NCBI RefSeq assembly: GCF_004010195.1
Contig: NC_057713.1
Span: 12,906,187-12,970,186, forward strand
Direction: 5' to 3'
DNA from: Chiloscyllium plagiosum
Taxonomy: Eukaryota
Length of the DNA stretch: 64,000 nucleotides
The stretch's first letter is position 1; every line of letters starts with the position of its first letter. The notes under the pieces were generated by a model, which was not told the DNA's origin, searched no databases, and worked only from the letters and a program-made list of their open reading frames with translations. The position numbers and the translations under genes are program-made. Below, piece after piece: positions 1 to 12,450 of the stretch.

Positions 1-331
1 TAGATTACATTACAGTGTGGAAACAGGCCCTTCGGCCCAACAAGTCCACACCGCCCCGCCGAAGCGCAACTCACCCATACCCCGATATTTACCCCTTACC
101 TAACACTACGGACAATGTAGCATGGCCAATTCACCTGACCTGCACATCTTTGGTGCTGTGGGAGGAAACCGGAGCACCCAGAGGAAACCCACGCAGACAC
201 AGGGAGAACGTGCAAACTTCACACAGTCAGTGGCCTGAGGCGGGAATTGAACCCAGGTCTCAGGCGCTGTGAGGCAGCAGTGCTAACCACTGTGCCGCAG
301 CAGTGCTAACCACTGTGCCACCGTGCCGCCC
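1..331 (-). mobile_element. HE1-type tRNA-derived V-SINE, near full length
   Basis: Reverse complement begins GGGCGGCACGGTGGCACAGTGGTTAGCACTGCTGC (A box), then GGTTCAATTCC (B box), the V-domain GTTTGCACGTTCTCCC..GGGTTTCCTC and a TAATCTA tail. Confidence 0.9.
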
Positions 332-1744
332 ATATAAAGAGGTGGAAAGAAAGACTGAGATAAGAGAGAGAAAGAGACAGAAAGAGGACAATGGTATTTA
401 AAAATTTTACATTTTTAAATCTTCTACGATTAAAACCTGAAGGATTCAGCTTTAGGATAGCAATTCCATTACCGCAGAGTTCAGCCAGTTGTGATTGAAA
501 TTAACATGTCAATAAAAATATACTTAGACTGAAAAGAACAAGACTTAACTTGTGTGGAAAGTTTAGTCTGCATTTGAATCCAAAGTACAGCACCTATACA
601 CTGCTCATCTGTTTCAATGTTGTGCTAGGTGCTGAGATGTAGGTGTTATATAATTCAAATTGTTCAACAGCTTTTCAATATCTGAGCATCATCTGCCCCT
701 CAGCTCAAGGTGTACAATTTGTACATAAATAACAGCGTCATTAGCCTTTCCTTTACTTTGTCAACAAATTATATGCATTATATTATACACAGCTCTATAA
801 TCAAATCACTGCCACTCATCATATAACACTGAGCACCCTGCTGTTAAAAGCTACACTGTTAAAAACCGTGATGCCTCGTTAGCAAAAGATCTTGGAACAA
901 CATTAACCTATCATTAATTCCATAGGACAGTCCTCCGGCATGCCTGAGGCATACTCCACAACAAATAGTTGCTAAATGGGGAACTGCAATTTCTCCATCT
1001 ATCGAGTCTGAAATATATTATCTGAGAGTGTGCTGGAGGCAGATTCAATCGAGGCACCCAAAAGGGAACTGGGTGATTACCTGAAAATGTAAAGGTAGGA
1101 AAAAGTAGCGGAGTGGCACTACATTAACTGTTTTTGCAGAGGGTCAACACAGGCATGTTGGTTCAAATGGCACCATTCTGTGCTGCAATTATCTTATGAC
1201 TTTATTCCATTTACATTCAGAATTTTCCACTTCTCATTTCAGCAAGGGGACTTCAGTAATCTTGAAAGGTTATGAAATAAAGGAACAAAACCTAATTGCT
1301 GAATAAAGAACATCACAGTAAACACAGTCAAACTGCATTAGGTAATCTGAAACCAGTGACTACAATCACCATTTGATACAGAATACTTCAAATCTCATTA
1401 AGGGGTTTCCAACATTTCCTGTGGTTATATAAAACATCATAGCTCACTCAAACATATTCTACAATTGAGAGGAAGTTGATCATTTGGACTGGAATTATCT
1501 TTCAATTCGCACCACCATTACTACATTTATTAACATTTGTCAATAATAACCAAAAGGATTTAAGAATCAGAGAAGTCACGAGAAATAAATAAGATCACAG
1601 ATGATTTCTCAACTTTTATATCAAGTTAAATATATGTCCAACATTGGTGTTTGTTAGATGGCCAAATCTATGTCACTACCACAAACAAAACATTATAATT
1701 AATTCCAAAGAGAATGTCATAACACCTTGCCTTCCATCTTATTG

Positions 1745-2670
1745 TCAAGATGGTGGTGGAGTAGCAACGCAGTACATGGGCTCCTGCCCAGAGCTCATCT
1801 GCTCCAAACACTTTTACTTTTTCCTTTTCTTTCACAACTTGTTTTTCTTACTTCGATGTAGCGGAGCCGGTGTATGACTGGGGTGGACAACATTAGAAAT
1901 CACACAACATCAGGTTATTGTCCAACAGGTTTATTTGGAAGCACTTACTTTTGGAGCACTGCTCCATCATTAGCGACCTGATGAAGAAGCAGCACTCCAA
2001 AATCTAGTGCTTCCAAATAAACCTGATGGACTGTAACCTGGTGTCGTGTGATTTGTTAACTTTTTCTCACTTTTATCTACTTACCTCCTGTGGAGAGATT
2101 GGCAGCTCTATTGTGTCCAGCGCGCCTGAGGCAAGGTTTCTTCACAGAGAAGGGAGACAGCTTTGGGGCAGTGCAGAGGAGATCAAGCCCATAGCGGGGA
2201 AGGGGGGAGGGGTACAGTGAGAGATCATGGGAGAGGGCTAGAGAGCGAGCCTAATGTGGAGGAGATTAAGCCCAGAGCGGGGGACAGTGAGAGACCCTGG
2301 GGAAGGGCTCGAGAGTGAACCCAATGCGGAGGAGAATGAACCTGATGTCTCCCTGCATCTGCAGCAGTGTCAAGTGGGGAGGACATTGTACCCTTGTGGG
2401 GAGTGCAAGCCCAGCATGGGTAAGCACTTAAGAAGGGACTGTCGTGTTGAACTTTTAACTTTATATCTTTATTTTTGTACATTATACTGAAAATGACATT
2501 AATGTTGAATTATTGTCTTTATTTCCTTATCTTCCTACATTGTACCTAAGATTTTGTACCTAGGTACCTTTGTACCTAAGGCGCTGGGAGTGGCGAGATT
2601 TTACACTTCTCACTGTATTCCTGTATCCTTGTGCAATTAAACCTAATTCTGATTCTAATTTTAATTCTAA
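1745..2670 (+). mobile_element. Non-autonomous retroelement (CAAGATGG start, TTGTACCTAGGTACC 3' region), interrupted by a PLE palindrome
   Basis: Shares CTCATCTGCTCC and TTGTACCTAGGTAC..CACTGTA..GCAAT with the copy at ~47950-48400. Confidence 0.5.
1876..2062. mobile_element. Palindromic PLE-terminus element with decayed hammerhead
   Basis: Inverted arms (CACACAACATCAGGTTA..TTTATTTGGAAGCACT / AGTGCTTCCAAATAAA..TAACCTGGTGTCGTGTG) around CTGATGAAGAAGCAGCACTCCAAAA. Confidence 0.75.
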
Positions 2671-2689
2671 ACAGTATTAGATGTACCAG

Positions 2690-3305
2690 TCACAGGTAGA
2701 TAGGATAGTGAAGGATGTGTTAGTTAAGCTTGCCTTTATTGGTCAGAGTATTGAGTACAGGAGTTGGGAGGTCATGTTGCGGCTGTACAGGACATTGGTG
2801 GTGCCACTTTTGGAATGCTGTTCAATTCTGGTCTTCCTGCTATAGGAAGGATGTTGTGAAACTTGAAAGGGTTCAGAAAAGATGTTGCCAGTTTTGGAGG
2901 TTTTCATCTGTAGGGAGAGGCTGAATAGGCTGGGGCATTTTCCCTAAAGCGTTGGAGGCGAAGGCTTATAGAGGTTTATAAAATTGTGAGGGGCATGGTT
3001 AGGATGAATAGCCAAGGTCTTTTCCCTGGGGTAAGGCAGTCCAGAATTAGAGGGCATAGGGCTAAAGTGAGAGGGAAAAAATCTAAAAGGGGCACCTTTT
3101 CAATGCAGAAAGTGGTGCATGTCTGGAACAAGCTGCCAGAGGAAGGGATGGAGGTTGGTACAATTACAACATTTAAAAGGCATCTGGATGGGTATATGAA
3201 TAGGAGGGATTTGGAAGGGTATGAGCCAAATGCTAGCAAATGGGACTAGACTAATTTTGGATATCTGGTCAGCATGGATGAGTTGGACTGAAATGTCTGT
3301 TTACA
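2690..3305 (+). mobile_element. CR1 LINE 3' fragment
   Basis: Translates to QFWSSCYRKDVVKLERVQKR and VVHVWNKLPEE..TFKRHLD, typical of the CR1 ORF2 C-terminus. Confidence 0.9.
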
Positions 3306-3317
3306 TGAGCCAGTTCT

Positions 3318-3615
3318 GTATCCAAATGGATAGTTCTCCATCTATTCCATGATATCTAATTTTGCTAACCAGTCTACTATGAGGAGCCTTATCGAACATC
3401 TGACTGAAGTCCATATAGATCACATCCACCACTCTGCCCTCATCAATCTTCTTTGTTACTTCTACAAAAAAACTCAGTTATGTTCATGAGACATGATTTC
3501 CCATGCACAAAGCCATACTGACTATCCCTAATCAGCCCTTGCCTTTCCAAATACATGCAAATCCTGTCTCTCAGGATTCCCTCCAACAACTTGCCCACCG
3601 CCAATGGCAGGCTCT
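3318..3615 (-). mobile_element. CR1 LINE RT fragment
   Basis: GKLLEGILRDRI..LIRDSQYGFVHGKSCLMN. Confidence 0.85.
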
Positions 3616-3892
3616 TGTTTTGCAATAACTTGCTCACTGATGCCCAGGTTGGGTTCTGCCACGGTCACTCAACTCCTGCCCTCATTACAGCCTTGGATCA
3701 ATAAACAAAACCTGTTCTAAAGAACTGGTGTCAGCAAAGACTGTGCCTAAAAGGTAGCAAAATGTAATAAAAACAGAAAATGCTGGAAGCACTGAGCAGG
3801 TCTGGAAACATCAGTGGAGGGAGAAACAAAATGATTATTGGTTCGGCAAAATGATTCACTGGTTGATGGCTTTTAATGAGAACAACATTTAC

Positions 3893-4150
3893 CTTGTGTT
3901 CCAAATATCTGATTGCTCAGATGTGGATCACACATTGCAAGCGCTTGAAAGAAGATACCACAGGCTTTCTTCCCCTTTCGGATGACTGCAGAAAGTAGTT
4001 CACATGCCTTTGTAAGGATATCAGACTTGGACGTGATGACATTAAGCTCATATTGACTGAGAACCTGGCTGCTGTACAGGAAACATATCACCTGCTCAAC
4101 TAAAGCTGGGCCCATTGATGTACTGAGTGTGTAATAATGTCTCCGCAAGT
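3893..4150 (-). CDS. CARD-domain gene, coding exon 2 (whole CARD, caspase-1-like; phase 1/1)
   Basis: Acceptor ctttctgtttgtgatcaatag|AC, donor CAAG|gtaaat; 258 nt open, (D)LRRHYYTLSTSMGPALVEQVICFLYSSQVLSQYELNVITSKSDILTKACELLSAVIRKGKKACGIFFQALAMCDPHLSNQIFGTQ; KA..LL..V..KG..AC..F..AL...DP.L is a CARD helix 4-6 pattern. Confidence 0.85.
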
Positions 4151-4449
4151 CTATTGATCACAAACAGAAAGTACAGTCATTAGCTTATTATTCATTATAC
4201 ACAAAAACTAAATGCTATCATTTAGAACAACAACTTGCATCAATATAAGTACACTTAGTCTATTAAATCACTTCACAAGAAATAACTATTGGACCCCAAG
4301 GGACATTAGGACTGATTATGAAAATCTTGTCAGAGATGGAGGGCTTAATGAACCTCTTCAAAAAAGGAAAGGGAGCAAGGCAGAGATGTCCGAGATGGGG
4401 ACTGACCCCAAGTGGAGTCTTGTGCTGAGATTTAGCTGCCACAGACTAC

Positions 4450-4660
4450 CAAACCTCCCTCACCCCTCCATTGCTGGCCCCACCCCTACATCCCTGTCTC
4501 CCCACTCCCCTTCATCCCTGTTCTACCAATCAGCTCTCCATTCCTTCCTTTCCCCTCATTCCTATCCTCCCCTATCCATCACTATCTTAACCCTCCACTC
4601 CAACCCTGCGACCCCCCCCCCCCACCTCTCCATCTCTGCCCTACCCCTCCCCAACCCCAC
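4450..4660. repeat. C-rich polypyrimidine low-complexity tract (G-rich on the minus strand)
   Basis: Many C3-C12 runs. Confidence 0.8.
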
Positions 4661-5367
4661 AGTGGGAATATGTTGGGGAGAGGGACTGGCGTCAGGCCCC
4701 AACGGCCCAAGCTCCAGCTATGATAAGGACATAAGACATTGGTGCAGGAGTCGGCTATTTGGCCCGTCGAGCCTGTCAGTGTCATTATGGACGCCCTTGA
4801 GCCACCACTTCACTGCCCCTGTTTCCTTTGGAGACTCCCTGCAAGACTAAGCATCTGTCTGTCTCCACCTTCAATAAATTCAGCGATGGCGCATCCAAAG
4901 CTCTCTGATGAAGGGATGAAGGCATAAAAAAAAAGTCCAGTATTTCACTTTGTAACTTATTCTCGAAAGGAGCAGAGTGCATTTGAATCGGCAACAGCAG
5001 CAATGTGATTTTTCAACCCACTGCTACTCCTACGGTCTGCAATGACAGGAAACATTTTACTGCAGAGATTCACAAGGGTAGTACTCTCCAGCTATGACCG
5101 CCACATGCCTCGAGAGAAACCCCGGAGGTAATTTAGCTCTTTCCCCCACCTTGTAAAAACAAGCTCCAGAAAGGTGCCTCAGACTATCACCGTCTGACCA
5201 CCGTTTCCCCGGGTCCCTCTGGGAAATAGATACTTCACTGATTCTGTTGACAAAACAAAATTACTGAATTCATGACATGGGATTGTCAACACTCCCCCCG
5301 TCACTCAGATTTCCTGTCAGAGGCTGCTTTCCCCATTAGCCATTGCCAATGGAATGAGCTCTCTTAC

Positions 5368-5380
5368 CCTGTGATGCCAT
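5368..5380 (-). CDS. CARD-domain gene, coding part of exon 1 (MASQ + G)
   Basis: ctacgATGGCATCACAGG|gtaag: strong Kozak context, consensus donor, in-frame upstream TAA at ~5456-5458; phase 1 joins exon 2 to give MASQDLRRH. Confidence 0.8.
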
Positions 5381-5409
5381 CGTAGCCGACAAGCCGTCGC
5401 TGCCAGCTG

Positions 5410-5540
5410 TCGGGGCGGTCTGTGTGTGTCCTCCCCAGCCTCTGCTGAAGCAGTTTTAACTGCAGCTCTCACGCCCAGAAGTTCCCCTGCCTCTTCCTCC
5501 CCACGCCGTGCCGCAGCGGCGCAGGGAATCCCCGGTCATA
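5410..5540 (-). promoter_or_regulatory. Putative promoter of the CARD gene with NF-kB sites
   Basis: GGGAATCCCC at 5524-5533 (matches GGGRNWYYCC), GGGGAACTTC at 5478-5487 (minus), TTAAAA at 5454-5459 (minus), GC box at 5412-5418, local CpG enrichment. Confidence 0.6.
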
Positions 5541-6099
5541 TTCCAGCCTTTCCCACCCAGAGCGAAAAGGCAAAGGCTGCTCCCCTCCTCAGGGCTCTCT
5601 GCTTCTATTGCTTTGCAACAGGTTGTTACAGAAATAAACATTTTCTTCAAAGAAGAAACGCAGCTGTCGATCATATCCTGTTCCCACTCCTTGTCATTAG
5701 CCAGTTCCAGCCCCTCTCATCTCTGCTGTTCAAACTCAGCCCCTTCAATTTGACCATTCTAGCTCAATCCTAGCTGCCTGCTGCATTCTGCCCTCTATAA
5801 ACCAGAGTTGAACTGTCAGATTATGAACCTTTGCATGCATAGGGTGGTGTACTGTACAGCCAGGGCTGGAAGAATGTTCCACAAGTCAATGGAATGCAAC
5901 ACAAAAGAAAAATACTTCTTCCATTTCCAACATTCAATTAAAAACCTTATTTATGTCAGAGCTATCGAGAGGGTTTCTTAAAAAAAAAAGCATAATTGGT
6001 TTATTATCAGAACAAAACTTATTCAATGAAGATGCAATAATTACTGAGGCAGACATGTAGAAGCATAAATGTTTATTCCTCTAATTTTTTTGCTATTCA

Positions 6100-7930
6100 T
6101 TCAAGCCATGTGGGTGTTGTTGGCTGGGTCAGCATTTATGGCCCATCTCTAGATGCCCTGGAGAAGCTGGTGGTGAGCAGCGTTCTTGAACTGCTGCTGT
6201 GCTGTAGGTAGACCCACAATGCCACTAAAAGATGGACCTTCAGGATTTCAATCCAGTGACACTGAAAGAACAGTGATGGATTTCCAAGTCTGGAAGGAAA
6301 GTTGCTTGCAGATGATGTTCCCAAATATCTGCTGCCCTTGTTTTTCTAGATGATAGTGGTCATCATCCTATATTGGACAGTTACTAGGCTCCAGTCAGAA
6401 TTTAAGAACATACAAATTCATTGTTTGTTGTAACCCAACAGGAAGGCTTTATTCTCTGAAAGTAACCAAAACAAGACAACGAACCTGGCTATTGACTCAG
6501 AAGTGCTCATATGACGCACCTCTTAAAGGGACAATGCCTTAACATATCATACCCCAACTATAATACTTAGCAGTCCTGAAGGTACTGAATTTATGCAATA
6601 CATCTTGTAGATACTGTTGCTACTGAGCATCAGTGGTGGATGGAGTGGACGTTGTGGATGTGATGCCAATCAAGTGAGTTGCTTTCTCCTGGATGGTGCC
6701 AAGTTTCTTGAGGTGTTGTTGGAATTGCACTCATCCAGACAACTGGAAAGTATTCATACTCCTAACCTGTGCCTTATTGATGTGGCATTGGGAGTCAGGA
6801 AGTGAGTTAATCACTGAAGTATTCCTAGCTTCTGCTCTGTTATCCACTGTATTAATATGGTAAATCCAGTTCAATTTCTAGCTAAGGGTAACCCCTCAGG
6901 ATTTTGATAGTGTGGGATTCAGTGATGGTAATACCATTGAATGTCAAGGGTTAGATTCTGTTTTGTTGGAGATGATCATTAGCTGGCATTTGTGTGATGC
7001 AAATGTCACATAGACTGCTTCAATACCAGTACCACATGTATCATATGAATGCTGCTGAACATGGTGCAATCATTGGCAACTATCCCCAGTTCTAACCTTA
7101 TATTGGAGAGAAAGTCTTAGATGAAGCAGCTAAAGATGGTCCAGAAAACCACTCTGAGGAACTTAAGGACTCTTGGTGCTGCAGTTGTCATGTTCTTACT
7201 TCTCAGCCATGTTTAAGTCCCACCTGCCCCTGACATGTGTAATAACATCACCAAACAGGTTCATTAGAAAAGATCCTGGATGAAAAGCTGACCCCCAACA
7301 TAAACAACTATGCGCCAGATATGGCTGTAAGCAGCAGAGAATTCTCCCGATTCCCTTTGACAGTATAGTACTTGTGCTCGGGCTCCTTGATGTGTCATTC
7401 AGTCAAATGTGTCCTTGATGTCAAGGTCAGTCACTGTCACTCTCGCCTCAACCCTTTTGTCCATGTTTAAACCAAGGCTGTGATGAGCTGAATGGCTCTG
7501 GCAGAACGCAAACTGGACATCATTGAGCAGGTTATTGCTGAGTAGGCGTGGCTTGATTGCACTGCTGATGACACCTTCCATCACTCTACTGCAATCAAGA
7601 GTAGAGTGATGGGAGCAGTAATTGGGTTGAATTTATCCTGCTTTCTGTGTACAGGATTTACCTGGACTATTTTCTACATTGTCGGTTAAATATCAGTGTT
7701 GTAGCTTAAGGGTGCTGTGAATTCTGGAGCACATGGCTTCAGTAGTATTGTCAGAATGTTGTCAAGGCCCATACCCTTTGCAGTATCTGGTGCCTTCAGC
7801 CATTTCTTGATTATCATGAGATTGAATCAAAGTGATTGAGGTTTAGCACCGTGGTGGCAGGATTTCCAGAGAAGGTTGGAATCAATCATTGAACCCAGCA
7901 CTTCTGGCTGAAGATTGTTGCAAGTGCTTC
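6100..7930 (-). mobile_element. Decayed CR1/L2-group LINE (old family), fragmented
   Basis: MEGVISSAIK..LLSNNLLNDVQFAF RT remnant; 3' tail shared with the copies at 17270, 30900 and 35340. Confidence 0.75.
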
Positions 7931-9549
7931 AACAGTTCTCAGGAAAAAGAAAATCAAAAATCTCTGCAGAGATTAGCTTTCCAATAAAAAAGTAACACTT
8001 TGGCCAATGGGTTATTCTTGACACGATTCTGATCCACTTAACAATTCCGTATTTCAGCACGTAATGCTGTGTTTTGGAGCACAATAGCATTTTTCAATGC
8101 AATGCTGCTGTTCGCGCTTAATTACTTTGTGCCATCTTGGAATGCTTGCAGCATCTCTGCTCAATAGGGAGGCTAAGAAGAAAGGAATATGCAGGTTATG
8201 CAGAGAGGTACCTTGCTTACCAGTCTGAGTCTGTGACTCAGAGTTGAGGGCAACCTATGTGTCCCTCCATACACCTGCAACTTGTAAATGTGAAAATCAT
8301 TGTGACTATGGAGTGGATTAAGTAAATGTTTATTTTTTCCATCTGAGCACACAAGTTCTACTTGTGAGCAATGTGAGGCCCCTCGAGTGGCAATTGGAAT
8401 AATCAGAAGCTTTTACAGGACAGGTTGAAGTCATCTTTAATCACAATAATCATATCTCACTAATGCATTGTACAGTTGCAGCAACACACCCCAACGTTTT
8501 CATTCTATTCCTTTAGCAACAAATGCCAAAATTCCAGTTGCTTTCCTTGAAATGGGAATGAATTGCTGAGTTGCAGATGGAAACATATTCCTTACTGTCC
8601 ATTATTACAAAAAACTTAAAGAGATTGTCATCATGTGTGATGATCCTCAAGCCCACCTTTGTATCATCTGTTACTATTGTAAGTTTCTCAAGAACAGTTT
8701 CTCAATTTCCAGAGCATGTCGAAACTTAATTTAACTCCTTTACTTTCTTACTATTAGGTCAAAAACTCAGAGGGTCCTTAGTTAGATATCTACTAATTAA
8801 TAAAGGGAGAAAACTTAACTTACCAAAATATCTAGGTGTAATTTTGTGAAAGTTTGAGACTTTATATTCACATTTTATTCAGTACTTGCAAAAAAATAGT
8901 GGCAGAAATTTATTTGTTCATTTCTTTCAGCAAATAAGTTAAATATTTGCTCTACATTCATTACTCAGAAAGATCTTAGGAGTAAGAGTCGAGACAATCT
9001 TTGTTCCAAAACTTCTCTAGTTATTGTTCAATGCTTTTTTCAAGTCAACAGTAACAATTTACCTCAATAAATTCAATATGGAAAAAAAATTGAGATTATT
9101 TTTCCACAGCTGTGAATGTATTGGGTAAGAAACTCTCTGAAACTTGTTTTCTCTGTGTAAGTTATTCAGTGATTCACAGTGAGAGTGAAGCAATGCAGTT
9201 GTATGTATTTCAGAATAATTGGATTACCATATGGTAAGAGTGAATGAAATTTAGGGTGAATTAGGTAACATGCTACACAATGAAACACACTGCACTCAGC
9301 TCGATCTATGATTCCTATGAGTCATTCCTGTTTCAATGTGTGATTTTTTTTCATGTTGGAAGTATTTTGGGGAAATTCTTGCAGAGTTCTGGAAAGACTG
9401 CGAAAGTTTCACTTCTTAATAGGTGAAAGTGTTTTAGTTTCTATCCTTATATTATTTCAGCTTACTCTGAAACACTCTGTTGAATGTAATGCAGCCAGTC
9501 ATGGTAGTCACACTTAATGTCAGCTCTTCAGAGCGGCTGCAAAACCTCA

Positions 9550-9690
9550 AGTAAAAGCAAAATACTGAGGACTCCAAAGATCTGAAACACAAATACAAAG
9601 TGCTGGAGAAACTAAGCAGGTCTGGCAGAATCTGTGGAGGGAGAAACAGAGTTAATGTTTCTAATATGGAGTGGTTCTGAAGAAATTCTG
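9550..9690 (-). mobile_element. PLE terminus fragment (AACTCTGTTTCTC family)
   Basis: GCTGGAGAAACTAAGCAGGTCTGGCAG..AAACAGAGTTAATGTTT, homologous to the 25480-25920 arms. Confidence 0.6.
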
Positions 9691-10254
9691 ACATGCATCA
9701 GAGGTTGATTAGCTCAGTTAGCTAATTGATGGCTGGTTTGCAAACCAGTGAGATTCCAACAGCATGGATTCAGTTCCTGTACCAGCTGAAGTTACCGTGA
9801 CACCTTCTGAACCTCTCCCCTCCCCTGAGGTGTGGTGAGCTCACATTAAATCACCACCAGTGAGAGAACACATCAGTAGAACTATAGTGACATCACCTTG
9901 AACCAAGTATCCCCTGGCCTTGTTTGTCCTGTCCAAGTGCATCACCTCACAGTCACTGGATTGAACTCTATTTGCCCCTGAACAGTACATCTGACCAGCC
10001 CATCTATATCCTCCTGTTATCAAATGTCATTCACCCCACAAATGTTCATATCAACCAACCCTCTTGTGTTGATGTCTTAATTGGTCATATATATTACAAC
10101 CAGCAAGTGCCCTCAACACTGATCCTTGTGAAACCCCACCAGAAAAAGGTTCCCTGTCATAAAAACACCCTTCGACCATCACTCTCTGGTCCCTGCCACT
10201 CAGGCAGTTCTGGATCCAATTAACTAAATTTCCTTGGCTTCAACCCCTTCAAGT

Positions 10255-11340
10255 GGTCTTGGGCCAGGGTCTCTTACCCTTTCTTTGACAGTATCCTTGA
10301 AGTGTTTCCTTTGCCCTCCTGAGGGTGCCTTGCTGTGCCAAAGCTCCAAGTAGAGCACTTGTTTCTGGTATATAATGCCAGACTTGTGGATGATTTGGCC
10401 TGCCCAGAGGGACTGTTTTAGTGAGTCAGTAATTCAATGCTGAGGATGTGGCCTGAGAGAGAGATCATTAACATTGGAATGCCTGTCCTGCCAATGGACT
10501 TGCAGGATCTTGCAGAGGCAGCAGTGGTCCTCCTTCTCAAGGTATCTACTGTATATGGTCCACATCTCAGGTGTGCAAGAGGATGCATATCACTGCTGCT
10601 CTCTAAACCATAAGTTTAGTGCCTGGTTTGAACTCCGAGTCTTCAAGCATTCACTTTCTCAGGCAATCAAACACTCCCCTGGGTCAATGAGGATAGTGTT
10701 GAATCTCATTGATGCTTGCCCTTAACAGCAGAATCCCAAGGTATGGAAAGTGGTAATGTTGTCAAAGGGCTTGATTTGGGCTTTGAAAGTGGGGATGGGG
10801 CAGGGTTGGGAAGTGGCAGAGACAGACTGGAAGTTGCATTTTTCTGACAAATGTTTAGTGTAAGGCCAATATTCTCTCGTGATGTGATAGTTTTTTTTTA
10901 GATTATTTACAGTGTGGAAACAGGCCCTTCGACCCAACAAGTCCACACCGACCCGCCGAAGCGCAACCCACCCAGACCCATTCCCCCACATTTACCCCTG
11001 CTCCTAACACTACAGGCAATTTAGCATGGCCAATTCACCTAACCTGCACATTTTTGGACTGTGGGAGGAAACCGGAGCACCCGGAGGAAATCCACACAGA
11101 CATGGGGAAAATGTGCAAACTCCACACAGTCAGTCACCTGAGGCGGGAATTGAACCCGGGTCTAAAGGTGTTCAATCAGTTTCAGTCAGATTGTAAAAGT
11201 CAGTGGCAACCACAGAGGTATGGAGGCTAGCTAAAAGGATAGGAGCTGCTCTATTAGCAAAATAGAGTTGGCTCTGTGTTAAATACAGGCAATGTCTATG
11301 TAAAAACTGTGGGAAAACAGCAGACAATGTTAGACACCCG
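10255..11340 (-). mobile_element. RTE-clade LINE fragments interrupted by an HE1 SINE
   Basis: Minus-strand remnants resembling LRKILQVHWQDR..N and PKQVLY.EL of RTE ORFs. Confidence 0.55.
10895..11163 (-). mobile_element. HE1 V-SINE, 5' truncated
   Basis: Closely matches 1-331 from the B box to the tail. Confidence 0.9.
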
Positions 11341-11434
11341 GACAGAAAACTGTGGAAATTGTAATATGTATGTTGTGATGTTTTACATAAAAATCAAAAG
11401 TTTCTGTAATCTACCTGAGTTTATAATAGTATGA

Positions 11435-12090
11435 TTTGGAGATGGCAGAGTTGGACTGGGGTGTACAAAGTTAAAAATCTCACCACACTAAACTATAGTC
11501 CAACAGGTTTATTTGGAAGCACTAGCTTTTGGAGCGCTGTTCCTTCATCAGGTGGTTGTGGAGTATAAGATCATAGGACACAGAATTTATAGCAAACATT
11601 TACAGTATGATGTAACTGAAATGATATATTGAAAAATACTGGGATTGTTTGTTAAGTCTCTCATCTTTTAGAATGGGCATGTTGGTTTCAGTTCTTTCAT
11701 ATGTAAATCCCAGAACTTTCTGAAAGTGATATTCTCAAGAGAACTTTAACAATAGGTGCCATGTTGGCCTAGATAATGCATTGAAGGTGTTAGGTGCCCT
11801 GTGTGAGGCTGTCTGTGGCCCAATGTTCAGACTGATTCTAAACTAAAAAAGGATTTACAGAATCTTACATGGATTCATGTAGATTTTGAGCAAAATAAAA
11901 TGAAATTGTGTAATTATAAATTCACCCCATAAACTTATATGTGATTGTGTGCATGTGGATGTGTATGCGGAGGAGGGAGGGGGTTATGAGTGTCTGTGAG
12001 AGACTATGTGTATATGTGCAAGCGTGAGTGTAAAGGGGTGTAAGTCTGTGAGAGGGGGTGTGTGTGTGAGGGAGTGTATGAGCTTTGTGT
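11435..12090 (-). mobile_element. Penelope-like element 3' part with hammerhead-bearing terminus and GT-rich repeat
   Basis: Minus strand CACCTGATGAAGGAACAGCGCTCCAAAAGCTAGTG at ~11520-11554; same terminus family as 1876 and 33024. Confidence 0.65.
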
Positions 12091-12100
12091 TACACTTTGT

Positions 12101-12450
12101 GGGCAGCATGATGGCTCAGTGGTTAGCACTGCTGCTTACAGCACCAGGGATTCAAGATCGATTCCAGCCTCAGGCAACTGTCAGTGTGGATTTTGCACAT
12201 TCTCCACATGTCTGCATGGGTTTCCTCTGCGTGTTCCAGTTTCCTCTCATAGTCCAAAGATGTGCAAGTTAGGTGAATTGGCCATGCTAAATTGCCCATA
12301 GCGTTCAGGGATGTCTAAGTTAGATGCATAAGTCAGGGGAAATGGAAACTAATAGAGTAGGGGAATGGGTCTGGGTGGGATATTGTTTGGAGAGTCAGTA
12401 TGGACTTGTTGGGTCTAATGGTCTGTTTCCACACTGTAGGGAGTCTATGA
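12101..12450 (+). mobile_element. HE1 V-SINE (older copy)
   Basis: GGGCAGCATGATGGCTCAGTGGTTAGCACTGCTGC head and V-domain. Confidence 0.85.

Noticed and set aside
908-1007. Possible exon 3 of the CARD gene (minus strand, DSIDGEIAVPHLATICCGVCLRHAGG..)
   Set aside because: Phase-compatible and open, but the splice sites are weak, no domain is recognisable, and it abuts a LINE tail remnant
4212-4850. 212-aa ORF
   Set aside because: Pro/Ser-rich product of the C-rich low-complexity tract plus a CR1 tail; antisense within an intron
5426-5773. Overlapping ORFs at the CARD promoter
   Set aside because: GC-rich promoter sequence with no homology signal
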